64,000 nt of DNA from Myxococcota bacterium (GTDB taxonomy: Bacteria > Myxococcota_A > Polyangia > Nannocystales > Nannocystaceae): contig JBCCHT010000024.1 of NCBI GenBank assembly GCA_039028615.1, forward strand, positions 1 to 64,000. Reading direction: 5' to 3'. The position numbers were made by a program, and so were the translations under genes. The notes under the pieces were generated by a model. That model was given only the letters and a program-made list of their open reading frames with translations. It had not been told where the DNA came from and did not search any database. Within the stretch, counting starts at the first letter, position 1, and each line of letters opens with the position of its first letter. Positions 17,586 through 29,487 of the stretch are shown one piece after another.

Positions 17586-19370
17586 ATGAAACCCACCCTT
17601 CGAACGACCAGCGTGATGACCGTCGCCCTGTCGCTTGCCGCCTGCCAGGCTGCGGACGAGGCCTCCGAGTTTCGCAGCACCTACACCACCAACTCCACGC
17701 TCTCGGGCGGGGACTCTGGTGGCCCGAGCTGCGAGCCGGATCAAGTCTTCGACGTCGACTCGCGTCGCTCGCTGTTCGAAACCCACCAGGACGCGCTCAC
17801 TCCGTTCACGATGGAGTCCGTGCTGCACGCGGTGTCCGTCAACGCGGGCCTCGTCTCGCAACCCGCGACCACGCACGATCAGTTCGTCGATACCTATAAC
17901 CCTGGGCCCGGCCTCGACCTCGGTGGTCACTGTGACGACGAGGTCGCCTTCGACGGCACCGACGGACTCAACGGATATCCGCACGAGTGTGGCCGCGCCG
18001 AGGGCAACCAGATCGGCAACATGGGGGAGTGGTTCCCCATCGCCGCGGTCAATCGCTTCGACCTCGCGCCGTCCGACGGATCGAACTGCGGCGAGGCGCG
18101 GCTGGTCATGGCGAACAACGCCGCCAACCGCATGTTCGTGATCTTCGAGGCGCAGATCCCCAACCCCGATCCCGAATGCGGCATCTCGGCGTGTGCTCCC
18201 GTGCAGGAGTTCTGGGCGAGCCTGACCGACATCGACGACCCCGCGGCTCGGGCCGACGAGCTGCGCATGGCCTATATGGATGGCCACCCCGATCTCGACG
18301 CGGCGGGCTTCGGTCCCTTCCTGAGCAAGGGCAACCTGACCTTCGGCACTGGCCAGATTCGCACCAACAACTTCGACCAGTTCCCCTGGTCGCTGCGCGA
18401 GTTCAAGGCGATCGCCGTGACCGAGGAGGTCGCCATCGGTGGCGGTGGCATCAAGCCCACCCCGGTGCCCGGACCGGGCCCCGTGCTCGAGCAAGAGGTC
18501 CAGATGGGCTTGGCCGCCGACGGCTCGGCGCCTGCGGCCGCGCCCGCTCCCTTCCCGCAGCCCGTGCCGCTCCCGCAGCCGCTCCCCGTGAGCATCAACG
18601 TCTTGCGCCTGGTCCAGGTCCCCGTGGCGGCCAACCCCTTCGGCGAGCTGTGGAACGACAACCTCTCGCTGCCCGAGTCCGATGCTTGCCAGGACGCCAT
18701 CGTCGATACCGTCCAGCACCTCATGACGGACAACCCCAACCTCATGGGCGTGTCCGTGCCGCACGAGTGCCTCGCGGCGGAGAGCCCCGACGAGTTCGTG
18801 CAGCAGTACCACCTGCAGCTGGCCAATGGCTCGTCGGGCCCGGGCTCGCTGACGCAGCGGATCCAGGACGAGATCTTCGCCCTCGATCCCGGCAGCACGC
18901 TCACCCCCGCCAACATCGCGCGTCGGGCTGCCTTCGCGGGGGGTTGCATCGGGTGCCATCAGCAGACCAACGGCGCCAACCTGGGCAACGGCGTCATCGC
19001 CCCGTCGTCCGCGTTCTTCGTGCACACCCACGAGGGGCAGCTCGAGGATTGCGGCAACGGTGACATCTCGTGCTTCCGCATCTCCGACGGCCTGAAGGAC
19101 TCCTTCCTTCCCCACCGCAAGGACGTGATGGACACCTACCTCAACGGTGGACCCTGCTGCGAGGAAGACGACGGCATCTCGATCGGGCCCATCGGGCCGA
19201 TCGAGCCCATCGATCCGATCGGTCCCGTGCGCCCCGGCATCGGCCTCCCCGTCGAGCCGATCGCCATGGAGGACGTGGACATCGAGGCCTTCATCGAAGC
19301 CGAGCAGGAGGTCGAAGCGACGCGGTCGCCGACCACCATCGGTGGTGGTCTGTCGAACCGATCGCACTGA
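17586..19370 (+). CDS. Lipoprotein with single CxxCH heme c motif
   Basis: SD GAGGAG; lipobox LAAC; GGCIGCHQ; many further Cys; Pro-rich insertions. Confidence 0.75.
   Translation: MKPTLRTTSVMTVALSLAACQAADEASEFRSTYTTNSTLSGGDSGGPSCEPDQVFDVDSRRSLFETHQDALTPFTMESVLHAVSVNAGLVSQPATTHDQFVDTYNPGPGLDLGGHCDDEVAFDGTDGLNGYPHECGRAEGNQIGNMGEWFPIAAVNRFDLAPSDGSNCGEARLVMANNAANRMFVIFEAQIPNPDPECGISACAPVQEFWASLTDIDDPAARADELRMAYMDGHPDLDAAGFGPFLSKGNLTFGTGQIRTNNFDQFPWSLREFKAIAVTEEVAIGGGGIKPTPVPGPGPVLEQEVQMGLAADGSAPAAAPAPFPQPVPLPQPLPVSINVLRLVQVPVAANPFGELWNDNLSLPESDACQDAIVDTVQHLMTDNPNLMGVSVPHECLAAESPDEFVQQYHLQLANGSSGPGSLTQRIQDEIFALDPGSTLTPANIARRAAFAGGCIGCHQQTNGANLGNGVIAPSSAFFVHTHEGQLEDCGNGDISCFRISDGLKDSFLPHRKDVMDTYLNGGPCCEEDDGISIGPIGPIEPIDPIGPVRPGIGLPVEPIAMEDVDIEAFIEAEQEVEATRSPTTIGGGLSNRSH
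19182..19226 (+). repeat. Five imperfect 9-bp tandem units (ATCGRNCCS) encoding IGP-IGP-IEP-IDP-IGP
   Basis: atcgggccc atcgggccg atcgagccc atcgatccg atcggtccc. Confidence 0.85.
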
Positions 19371-19451
19371 TCGGTCTCGCCCGCTGAGCGCCGCTGCGGT
19401 GGCGCGGTCAGGAGCCCGAGCGTTGTTCTCGACGCTCGGGCTCGTTTGTGC

Positions 19452-20216
19452 TCACTCGCGGCGGCCGTCGGCCTCGCGCTTCACGGGCCCGATGAACACG
19501 TCCTCGGGATCCATGTCCGGCCCCCCGCACTCGTCTTCGAGCGCGCCCGGATCTTGATACGCCGTCGAGCGCTCCCCCGCGAAGTACAGGTCGCCACACC
19601 CCCCACGACCGAGCGGATCGCCCGGCACGCACGGCACACACCGATGGTCACTCGCGCGGCACGCAAACCCGATGTCGCAGTACATCGCGCGACAGAACTG
19701 ATCGAGCACGTCCTGCCCCGACACGAGCGGCTCGGCTCCAATCGCGGGCGGAGTCATCGGGTCCTGGTCGTCGCAGCGCCGCGATGCATCGTGGAGGCTC
19801 AACCCTCCCGCACACCCATCGTCGGAGGGCGAGCACCCCTGCACGCCGGGCTCGGTGGAGCAGTGCTCGTCGTAGCGATCGAGCTGCGCGGTGGCTTCGC
19901 GAAACCGAGTCGCGATCGAGCTGTCGAAGGCATAGGCCCGCGGGTCACACGACACGGACGTCCGCGGCGCGCAGATGCGGGGGAAGTCGAGCTCCTGATC
20001 CTCGTACTCCTCGGAGACGGTGCAGTAAAGCTCGTAGCGGGGGTCGTCGGCGAGGGGGCAGTCGTCGTCGAAGCGGCAGCGGGCGACGTCGTCGGAACGC
20101 TCGGGGTCGAGCAGCAGGGTGCACGCGCTGCCCTGGCTCACGGTGCCCAACGCGATGCCGAGCCACAGCCACCGCAGGCGGAGCGGGGCGGACGGCATCG
20201 AGCGAGGGCGGGCCAT
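19452..20216 (-). CDS. Cys-rich hypothetical lipoprotein
   Basis: Lipobox-like GSAC; many Cys; starts 10 nt after the amidase stop. Confidence 0.7.
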   Translation of the reverse strand: MARPRSMPSAPLRLRWLWLGIALGTVSQGSACTLLLDPERSDDVARCRFDDDCPLADDPRYELYCTVSEEYEDQELDFPRICAPRTSVSCDPRAYAFDSSIATRFREATAQLDRYDEHCSTEPGVQGCSPSDDGCAGGLSLHDASRRCDDQDPMTPPAIGAEPLVSGQDVLDQFCRAMYCDIGFACRASDHRCVPCVPGDPLGRGGCGDLYFAGERSTAYQDPGALEDECGGPDMDPEDVFIGPVKREADGRRE

Positions 20217-20226
20217 GGAGATCGAC

Positions 20227-21714
20227 CTACTGGAGGAACGCGGGCCGGACGTCGGTCCACGCCAGCTCCGATTCTAGCTGGCTAGCGACTCGCAAGAGGG
20301 TGGCTTCGTCGCCGAAGGGCGCCACGAGCTGGACGCCGACGGGGAGGCCATCGCTGCTGCAGTGGACGGGCAGCGAGATCCCGGGCTGGCCCGTGATGTT
20401 GAACACCTGGGTGTTGGGGTAGGCGGCGAGCTGCTTGCGTGCGGAGACGAGGGCCTGCTGGAGCAAGGGCCGCCAGGGGAGCCGCCGCAGGAGCTCGAGG
20501 CCGAGCCGCTCGAGGCGGTTGGGCAGCAGCTCGCCGATGCGGGCGGGAGGGCGAGCGAGGGTGGAGGTGAGCAGCAGGTCGTAGCGGCGGTGGAACCGAG
20601 CCATGGCGCCCGCCGTCTCGGCCTGCAGACGCTGCAGCTCCATCAGGCGCCCGGCGGCCATGGTGCGACCGAGCTGACGCATGACCCAGGTGGGTAGCTC
20701 GATGTCGTTGCCGCGGATGCGTCGGCCGAGCTTGCGCTCGGCGTAGGCGAGGTCGCCTTCGACGTTGGCGGCGACGGTGGTGAGGTACGCCTCGATCATC
20801 GCCTCGCGATCGAACTTGGGGGTGGCTGGCTCCACGTCGTGACCGAGCGCGGACAGCTTCTCGGCGGTCTTCTCGACGGCGGTTCGGCAGTCGGGGTGCA
20901 GCTCCCCCAAAAGGAGGGCCTCGGTGGTGAAGGCGATGCGCAGCCGACCGGGGTCGCGGCCGACCTCCTCCACGAAGGGGCGCTCGGGCGGCGGGGCGTG
21001 GTAGGGGGCGTCGGGCTCCGGGCCCGCGGTGACGTCGAGCAGCCCGGCGCTGTCGCGGACGCTGCGCGTGAGCACGTGCTGGCAGACGTAACCCGACCAA
21101 CGCTCACCTTTGTCGGGGCCCATCGGCGTGCGGCCCCGTGTGGGCTTGAGCCCCACCAGGCCGCAGGCGGAGGCGGGAATCCGGATCGATCCCCCGCCGT
21201 CACCCCCGTGCGCGGCGGGGACGAGCCGAGCGGCGACCGCGGCCGCCGAGCCCCCGCTGCTGCCCCCGGGCGTGCGGTTGATGTCGTAGGGGTTGCGGGT
21301 CGGACCGTGCAGCTCGGGCTCGGTGACCCCCATGAGCCCGAGCTCGGGGGTATTGGTCTTTCCGACGACCAGCAGCCCGGCCGCCTGGTAGCGCCGCACC
21401 AGCTCGCTGTCCTGGGCGGGCTGCTCGTGGGCAAAGAAGCGGCTGCCGTTGGTGGTGGGCACCCCGCGGACGTCGGCGCCCAAGTCCTTGAGAAGGAAGG
21501 GAACCCCCTGGAAGGGGCCCTCCGGCGGGCCCGCCTTTGCCGCGCTACGGGCGGGCTCGAACATGCGGCGGATCACCGCGTTGATCCGAGGATTGTGGGT
21601 CTCGATCTGTGCGATCGCCCGCTCCACCAGCTCGGTGGGGGAGACATCGCCCTTGCGGACGAGCTCGGCGAGGCCGGTGGCGTCGTATTCGAGGTACTCG
21701 GCAGCCTCGATCAT
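20227..21714 (-). CDS. Amidase signature family protein
   Basis: [40 protein letters not shown] 21714. Confidence 0.95.
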   Translation of the reverse strand: MIEAAEYLEYDATGLAELVRKGDVSPTELVERAIAQIETHNPRINAVIRRMFEPARSAAKAGPPEGPFQGVPFLLKDLGADVRGVPTTNGSRFFAHEQPAQDSELVRRYQAAGLLVVGKTNTPELGLMGVTEPELHGPTRNPYDINRTPGGSSGGSAAAVAARLVPAAHGGDGGGSIRIPASACGLVGLKPTRGRTPMGPDKGERWSGYVCQHVLTRSVRDSAGLLDVTAGPEPDAPYHAPPPERPFVEEVGRDPGRLRIAFTTEALLLGELHPDCRTAVEKTAEKLSALGHDVEPATPKFDREAMIEAYLTTVAANVEGDLAYAERKLGRRIRGNDIELPTWVMRQLGRTMAAGRLMELQRLQAETAGAMARFHRRYDLLLTSTLARPPARIGELLPNRLERLGLELLRRLPWRPLLQQALVSARKQLAAYPNTQVFNITGQPGISLPVHCSSDGLPVGVQLVAPFGDEATLLRVASQLESELAWTDVRPAFLQ

Positions 21715-21818
21715 AGCGGCGCCTTTTATCACGTCGGGTCTCGGGCCGGGGTGGCCAGGTCTTCGCGCGTGAGATCGCTGCCTGGACACGCTGCCGGGGG
21801 CGAGCCAAAGTCCGCCCC

Positions 21819-23723
<1,905 letters not shown>

Positions 23724-23742
23724 GACGCCCGGGGCTGGCGCT

Positions 23743-25308
23743 CTAGAAGCGCTTGCCGATGCCCACGAAGGGCCTCGCCGTAAACGAGGCCTGCAGGGTG
23801 GGCTCGCCTGCGCCCGCCTCGGTCTCGATCACGTACACCTGCCCGGCCGCCTCGGTGAGCAGGTAGACCCCGCGGGGCAGGTCCCATGCGAGCGAGAGCA
23901 CCGCGTCGGCGTGGCCGGCCACGGTGTGCCGCGTGGGGGCGAGACCGGTGGTGGTGAAGCTCTGGCGGAAGTAGCTGACGCCCGCCGCGACGCCCAGGCC
24001 GATGCTGACCACGGGGACGTCGAAGACGTAGGTGACCGCGACATCGAGGTCGATCTCGTCGGCGATGACATCGACGCGATCGGCCGCGAACTGGGCCCGA
24101 CAAAAACCCACGCGCGGGGTCACGCTCACCCGGCGAGTCTCGACCGGGTAGCCCAGCCGCGCGCCGTGGCACAGGCCGGTGTCGGGCCCTACGGGTGTAC
24201 GGAGCTGGTAGCCCGCCTGAGGACCGTGGGCGAGAGGCTTGGTGTCGCTGCCCTTGCGTACGAGCCGGGCGTAGTCGACCCGGGTCAGTCGGTCCTCGTC
24301 GACGGTGAGCACTTCGCCGCTGCGGACTCGGACCTGCCCTTCGAGCAGGTGGTCGCGGGCCCGGCCGCGCACGAAATAGCGACCGGCGGCGACGTTGATC
24401 TGGCGCGTGCCATCGAGCGCGCCGACTTCGGCGATGACCGTGCCGTCCTCGTCGCCCGCGAACACCAGATAGGCGCGCCCCTCGGGAAAACCCAGCCGGG
24501 CGCGTCCCTGGCCCATCGTGCGCACGCGGGTGAGGACCACGTCGCCCTGACCCCGCATGTCGTACTCGAAGGTAGGGTGGTGCGTGCCGATGAGCGTCTT
24601 GCTGCTGGCGCGGATCGTGTTGTCGTAGGCGTAGCCGTAGGCCTCGGCCAGGGTCACGTTGCCGTCCTGGTCGACGTCGGCGGGGCCCACCATGCCGGAG
24701 ACCAGGTAGTGCGTGAAGAACGACCCGCCGAGTTCGTCGGATTCCTGCGCGTCTTCGTCGGCCGAGCTCGAGGTCAGGAATACGACGCCTTCGCCTGCGA
24801 GGCGCTCGTCGAGATCGATGGCCAGGGGCCGCACGTGGCGGCCTCCCTTGACCCGGGTGAGCGAGCCGGAGCGACACGAGTCGAGCACCAGCAGGCGCAG
24901 CTCCGCCGAGGAGCCCCGCACCAGCTGCCGCAGGCGGCCGACCTCGAGGCGGTCGGAGCCCAGGTGGAGCGCATCGGCGTCGGCGTGCCCGGAGTAGAAC
25001 ACGAAGAGCACGGCCTGATCGGTGGACGGGGTCTGGCGGATGCGGTCGTTGGTGGCGATGAGCACCCGCTGGATCGCATCGGCGCCCCGACCCTGCAGCA
25101 GCACCATGTTCTCTTCGTGGAAGTCACCGAGGGCGCGCAGGACCTCGTAGACCCGAGCCGCGTCGGTCTCGGCGAAGCGCAGCGTGGGCTCGTCGCTGGC
25201 GCCCTCGTCGTTGCCGATGAGCACCGCGTAGCGAACGATGCTCGCCTCGGCGATCCCGGGGGCGAGGATCGCCGTGATGGCAACGACGAGGGCCAGCCAC
25301 CAGCGCAC
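23743..25308 (-). CDS. Exported caspase-family (C14) protease with C-terminal outer-membrane beta-barrel
   Basis: Signal peptide RWWLALVVAITAILAPGIAEA; RYAVLIGND; catalytic FYSGHA and LDSCRSG; GGSFFTHYL; amphipathic strands ending in Phe (IGKRF). Confidence 0.88.
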   Translation of the reverse strand: MRWWLALVVAITAILAPGIAEASIVRYAVLIGNDEGASDEPTLRFAETDAARVYEVLRALGDFHEENMVLLQGRGADAIQRVLIATNDRIRQTPSTDQAVLFVFYSGHADADALHLGSDRLEVGRLRQLVRGSSAELRLLVLDSCRSGSLTRVKGGRHVRPLAIDLDERLAGEGVVFLTSSSADEDAQESDELGGSFFTHYLVSGMVGPADVDQDGNVTLAEAYGYAYDNTIRASSKTLIGTHHPTFEYDMRGQGDVVLTRVRTMGQGRARLGFPEGRAYLVFAGDEDGTVIAEVGALDGTRQINVAAGRYFVRGRARDHLLEGQVRVRSGEVLTVDEDRLTRVDYARLVRKGSDTKPLAHGPQAGYQLRTPVGPDTGLCHGARLGYPVETRRVSVTPRVGFCRAQFAADRVDVIADEIDLDVAVTYVFDVPVVSIGLGVAAGVSYFRQSFTTTGLAPTRHTVAGHADAVLSLAWDLPRGVYLLTEAAGQVYVIETEAGAGEPTLQASFTARPFVGIGKRF

Positions 25309-25309
25309 G

Positions 25310-26077
25310 TCAGAGGCGCTCCCGCTTGGTGTTGCGCAGCGTGACGAGGTCGCATCCGGCGGGGGAGGCCGGAGCGTCGGGGCTTTGTTCGACCGCGCTG
25401 CGCAACGTCTCGAGCGCGACCGGGTCGTCGCAGAAGACGCCGTAGACGAGCTCTTCGCCGAGTGTGTCGTCCAGCTCGATGCCATCGCCGACCTGAACGA
25501 CCGCGCCGGCTTCGATGGGCTGCGGGGGCAGGTACACGCTCACCAGGCCGGCGCCGTCGCGACCGAGGACGGCGAGGTGGCGGGGACGATCGGACGAGTA
25601 GGTGAAGCCGAGCGTGTCGCCAGGCACGAGGAACTCGAGGTCGTGCGCGGGCACGACTGCGTCCCGTCGGCGTACATAAAGCGCCAACGTGGGCTTGGAC
25701 CCCTTGGCGCGAGTGGCGGGGGCGTCAGGCTCGCTCGTGGGGGCAGGGCGAGTCGACGGGGCCTCGGGGGTGCCCGCCTCGGGTTGGGGCCACACCACCA
25801 CCGCGATCGCAGCGGCTGCGGCCAGGCTCGCCAACGCGGGCCTCCACCACCGTCGGGGCACCTCGGCGGGCGTCGGAAAATCTAGCTCGGGAAGGTCGGC
25901 GGCCTCGTCCTGTGCTCGCAGCGCCTCCGCCCGCGCATGACACCGCTCGCACTCGGCGATATGAGTGCGAGCCGCCATCGCCTGAGCCGAGTCGAGCTCG
26001 CCGACGCGGAGCTGGTCGAGGCGCAGGTCCGAGAGACAAGACTCGGAGCGACCGCGGCGGGACAGGTCGAGGTTCAT
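25310..26077 (-). CDS. zf-HC2 (ZAS) anti-sigma factor with TM helix and periplasmic domain
   Basis: HIAECERC (HxxxCxxC); TM WWRPALASLAAAAAIAVVVW; ATGA overlap with the sigma gene. Confidence 0.85.
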   Translation of the reverse strand: MNLDLSRRGRSESCLSDLRLDQLRVGELDSAQAMAARTHIAECERCHARAEALRAQDEAADLPELDFPTPAEVPRRWWRPALASLAAAAAIAVVVWPQPEAGTPEAPSTRPAPTSEPDAPATRAKGSKPTLALYVRRRDAVVPAHDLEFLVPGDTLGFTYSSDRPRHLAVLGRDGAGLVSVYLPPQPIEAGAVVQVGDGIELDDTLGEELVYGVFCDDPVALETLRSAVEQSPDAPASPAGCDLVTLRNTKRERL

Positions 26078-26547
26078 GCCGGGTGGGCCTCCCCCGCGGC
26101 GGATTGCTTCACCCGTTCGAGCAGGTTCCCCACGTGTCGTCGCGAGCAACCCAGGATCTCGGCGATCTCGGCCTGGGACATTTCGTCGACGTAGTAGTAC
26201 ACGAGGGCCTTGGCTTGGTCGGGGGGGAGCTGGCGCAGCAGGTCGGTGACGATGGCTTGTTCTTCCGCCCCGCTGCGCTCGGTGGAGTCACCCGGGCCGC
26301 GTTCCTCCAGGAGGCGGCGTCGGGTCTTCGTGTTCCGTAGGTGGTTCAGGCATCGATTGGTGGTCGCCCGATACAGGAAGGTCATCAGCGAGCTGCGACC
26401 GGAGAACTGCTCCGGCTGATCCACCAGCGACATGAATACATCCTGTACCACCTCGCGCGCGTCCGCCTCGTTGCCCAAGATCCTCCGCGCGCGGCGAAGG
26501 ACCGAGGGTCCGTGGGTTCGATACGCCGTGGCGAGCGTGACGGACAC
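26074..26547 (-). CDS. ECF RNA polymerase sigma factor
   Basis: Region 2 DAREVVQDVF...TFLYRATTNRCLN; region 4 EMSQAEIAEILGCSRRHV. Confidence 0.93.
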   Translation of the reverse strand: MSVTLATAYRTHGPSVLRRARRILGNEADAREVVQDVFMSLVDQPEQFSGRSSLMTFLYRATTNRCLNHLRNTKTRRRLLEERGPGDSTERSGAEEQAIVTDLLRQLPPDQAKALVYYYVDEMSQAEIAEILGCSRRHVGNLLERVKQSAAGEAHPA

Positions 26548-26592
26548 GAAGTCGAGCTTGTAGCAGGCCCAGCGGGCAGCCGGGAGAAACCA

Positions 26593-27456
26593 TCACACCA
26601 CGGGCCACGCGATGTCGTAGAACGAACCCAATACGAGCTCGATCTCCGTGGCGAGGTCATTGGGCGCGGGCGCCAGCGTGGGGGGATGGAACCAGCAGTT
26701 GTCCGGGTTGTCCGGCACGTCGCACACCTGCATGCCCTGGACGACCTGCACCACGTGATAGCCCGGGGTATAGGCGCCGCCCAAGAACTCACCCCACGGG
26801 GAATCGGCCGGGACGTCTTGCGCGGCATAGATGAGCACATGGGTCTCCGAGCCGCCCACGATGCCCTCGGGCGGGGCGTCCTCGATGGCGCTGAAGTCGA
26901 TGGCGCTGAGGTCGTCGTCGGCGGCGATGAACCACCCGAACGCGACGGCCAGGCCGTCCTCGCCGGTCAGCAGCGCTTCTTCGGGCGGCGGCTGGAACAG
27001 GTCGAGGGTGAACGCCGCGGGGAACTGTCCGGTGACGGGGACCATTTCTCCGACCGCCGAGTCGACGCAGAGTTCCCAGCTGACACTGAAGTCCGCCGAG
27101 GCCTCGCCGCCGCAGGCGTCGACGCAGGCCTTCCACTCGGTGAGGATCTCTTCGTCGCATTCGAAGGGGTGCCCACAGGCTTCGATGCACTCGAACTGGT
27201 CTTCCGGTCCGCCCGCCCCGATGGCGCAAGCCTGAGAGGGGCCTTCGCATTCATACTGATCCGACGACGAGAACCACAGCACGGCCACGTTGGCATCGGT
27301 GCTGCCTCCCGCATCGCGGGTCGAGACTTGGCCGCTGATGGAACCCAGCGGCTCGCCTTGATAGTCGGCGCCGACCTGCGGATCGCAGGCCAGCTGCACC
27401 GCGGCACACAGCGCCAGCGAGGGGACGAGAAACAAGGATGAAGAGCTCGCGTGCAT
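26593..27456 (-). CDS. Hypothetical acidic Cys-containing lipoprotein, first gene of the ECF-caspase operon
   Basis: Lipobox QLAC followed by DPQVGADYQGEPL; ATG 27456. Confidence 0.75.
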   Translation of the reverse strand: MHASSSSLFLVPSLALCAAVQLACDPQVGADYQGEPLGSISGQVSTRDAGGSTDANVAVLWFSSSDQYECEGPSQACAIGAGGPEDQFECIEACGHPFECDEEILTEWKACVDACGGEASADFSVSWELCVDSAVGEMVPVTGQFPAAFTLDLFQPPPEEALLTGEDGLAVAFGWFIAADDDLSAIDFSAIEDAPPEGIVGGSETHVLIYAAQDVPADSPWGEFLGGAYTPGYHVVQVVQGMQVCDVPDNPDNCWFHPPTLAPAPNDLATEIELVLGSFYDIAWPVV

Positions 27457-27595
27457 TACGTCGGGTTGGGACCGCGAGCCCCCCGGTTTGGGCACGACCC
27501 CGCGCTCTTTTTTTACCTTTTTCGAATAGCCCCCGTCCCACGCCCGATCTCGGCGAAGTCGCACCCCGCGCAAGAGGGCCTGCTACCGTCCCGAG

Positions 27596-28378
27596 GTGCT
27601 CGCCGAAGCCACCCTCGCCGGCTTTCCCCCGTGGGTCGGCCTGGTCGCCCTCGCGCTGGCCGCCATGGCGGCGGGCGTGATCAACACCATGGCGGGCGGG
27701 GGCTCGCTGCTCATCATTCCCGTGATGATCGCGCTCGGCCTGCCCCCGGGCGTGGCCAACGGCACCCTGCGCGTCGGCATCGTCGTGCAGAACACCAGCT
27801 CGGTACTCACCTTCCACCGACGAGGCGTTCGTCCCTATCGGAGGCTGCTACCGCTTCTGCCTCCGATGGTGCTCGGCGCAGCGTTGGGCTCGTGGTTGGC
27901 CACCCGCTTACCCGATGATTCGCTGCGCGTAGTGTTCGGTGTGGCCTTGGCCGGCTGGGCGGTGGTGCTCGTGGTGCGGCCCGGCCGATTCCTCGCGCCG
28001 CCCGAAGAGCCCCGGAAGGTCGGCGTCGTCGCGATCGTGCTCGCCTCGCTGGTCGGGCTCTACGGTGGGTTTCTGCAGGCGGGCGTCGGCTTCCCGATGC
28101 TCGCCCTGCTCGTGCTCTTCCTCGGCCACGACGCGGTCGAGGCCAACGCGATCAAGGTCGCACTGGTGCTGGCCTACACCCTGGTCTCGCTGCCGATCTT
28201 CGCCTTCGCGGGGCAGGTGGCGTGGGCGGAGAGCCTGCCCCTGGCCGCGGGCGCCATGCTGGGCGGCTGGCTCGGCACGCGGCTGCAGATCAAGGCCGGC
28301 GCCAAGCTGGTGCGCTGGGTCGTGGTGGTGATGGTCGCCTGCAGCGGCATCGCGATGCTCCGCGGCGTGCTGGGCTGA
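27596..28378 (+). CDS. Sulfite exporter TauE/SafE family membrane protein
   Basis: AGVINTMAGGGSLL, VANGT, GLYGGFLQAGVG, ANAIK. Confidence 0.92.
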   Translation: MLAEATLAGFPPWVGLVALALAAMAAGVINTMAGGGSLLIIPVMIALGLPPGVANGTLRVGIVVQNTSSVLTFHRRGVRPYRRLLPLLPPMVLGAALGSWLATRLPDDSLRVVFGVALAGWAVVLVVRPGRFLAPPEEPRKVGVVAIVLASLVGLYGGFLQAGVGFPMLALLVLFLGHDAVEANAIKVALVLAYTLVSLPIFAFAGQVAWAESLPLAAGAMLGGWLGTRLQIKAGAKLVRWVVVVMVACSGIAMLRGVLG

Positions 28379-28486
28379 GCGGCAATCGCCGCACGAATGT
28401 GCCAACGCACCGGAAAGTGGTTCGTTGCTCTTCGTAGCGTGGTCTTTTTTTCAACGGGTAGGAGGACTGCGAACACTACCCAAAGC

Positions 28487-29443
28487 ATGAACGCTCGAAC
28501 TTCGACGATATGTGCTTTGGCGGCCATCTTCGTCCTGACAGCCTGCCAGCGCGAGACCGAACCCAACAAATCGGAAGAAGGCGTCGCCGAGGTCAAGTCT
28601 GAATCGCGGAATGACAGTGAGCGGCGCAGAGCATCCAAGCGCAAGCAGCAAGAAAATACTCGATATCTGACGATTGTCCCCAGGCCTCCGAGTGACAAGC
28701 GCGGAAAAGGCTTTCACCAGGAGCAGCTTCGGGTTGTCGGAGGGCGACCCGCGAAGGCCGGGGACTTCCCATTCGCGACCCCATTGCTCGCCGACGCTGG
28801 CGAAGGCGAGTGGTACCAGTTCTGCGGGGCAACACCCATCAGTCCTACCTGGTTGGTTAGTGCCGCACACTGCGACGCGAGAAAAGGGGACGTGGCCGCT
28901 CCGGGAAGCCTGAACCTGAACGAGATCGAGGCTCCGATCAAAATCAAGCGAGTCGTCTCTCATCCGGGCTACGACGAAGGCGTGGCACCGCAGTTTGACA
29001 ACGATATTGCACTGATAGAGCTGGAAGAAGAATGGACCGGTCCTGTGGCCAAAGTCGTGGACGCCACGCCTGGGGCCGGAACGGACGTGGTGGTCATCGG
29101 CTGGGGAGCCACACATTCCGGTGGTACTACTCAAAATCGCCTTCGATTCGCGGAGTTCGACATCTTGGATTTTGGAGGATGTCAATTGGCGTACGGTGAT
29201 CAACCGGGCTCGGAACCACCGACGCCATCGATCTCGGAGCGTATGCTCTGCGCGGCAGGTCCTTCAAAGGATTCGTGCCAAGGTGATAGTGGGGGACCGT
29301 TGCTCGCCAATGTTGGTGAGGACAACGTGCTCTTGGGTATTGTGAGCTGGGGGTATGGGTGTGCAGATCCGCAATTCCCAGGGGTATACACTGATGCTGC
29401 CGACTATCGTGAGTGGATCACGAAGACGACCGGTGGAAGTTAG
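28487..29443 (+). CDS. Trypsin-like S1A serine protease, lipoprotein
   Basis: Lipobox LTAC; activation site R/VVGG; AAHC, NDIAL, DSCQGDSGGP, VSWGYGC, PGVY; A/T-richer codons. Confidence 0.93.
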   Translation: MNARTSTICALAAIFVLTACQRETEPNKSEEGVAEVKSESRNDSERRRASKRKQQENTRYLTIVPRPPSDKRGKGFHQEQLRVVGGRPAKAGDFPFATPLLADAGEGEWYQFCGATPISPTWLVSAAHCDARKGDVAAPGSLNLNEIEAPIKIKRVVSHPGYDEGVAPQFDNDIALIELEEEWTGPVAKVVDATPGAGTDVVVIGWGATHSGGTTQNRLRFAEFDILDFGGCQLAYGDQPGSEPPTPSISERMLCAAGPSKDSCQGDSGGPLLANVGEDNVLLGIVSWGYGCADPQFPGVYTDAADYREWITKTTGGS

Positions 29444-29487
29444 GTACGCGAAGTGGGCAGGGGCGAGTCTCGGGGGAGGGCCCATGG

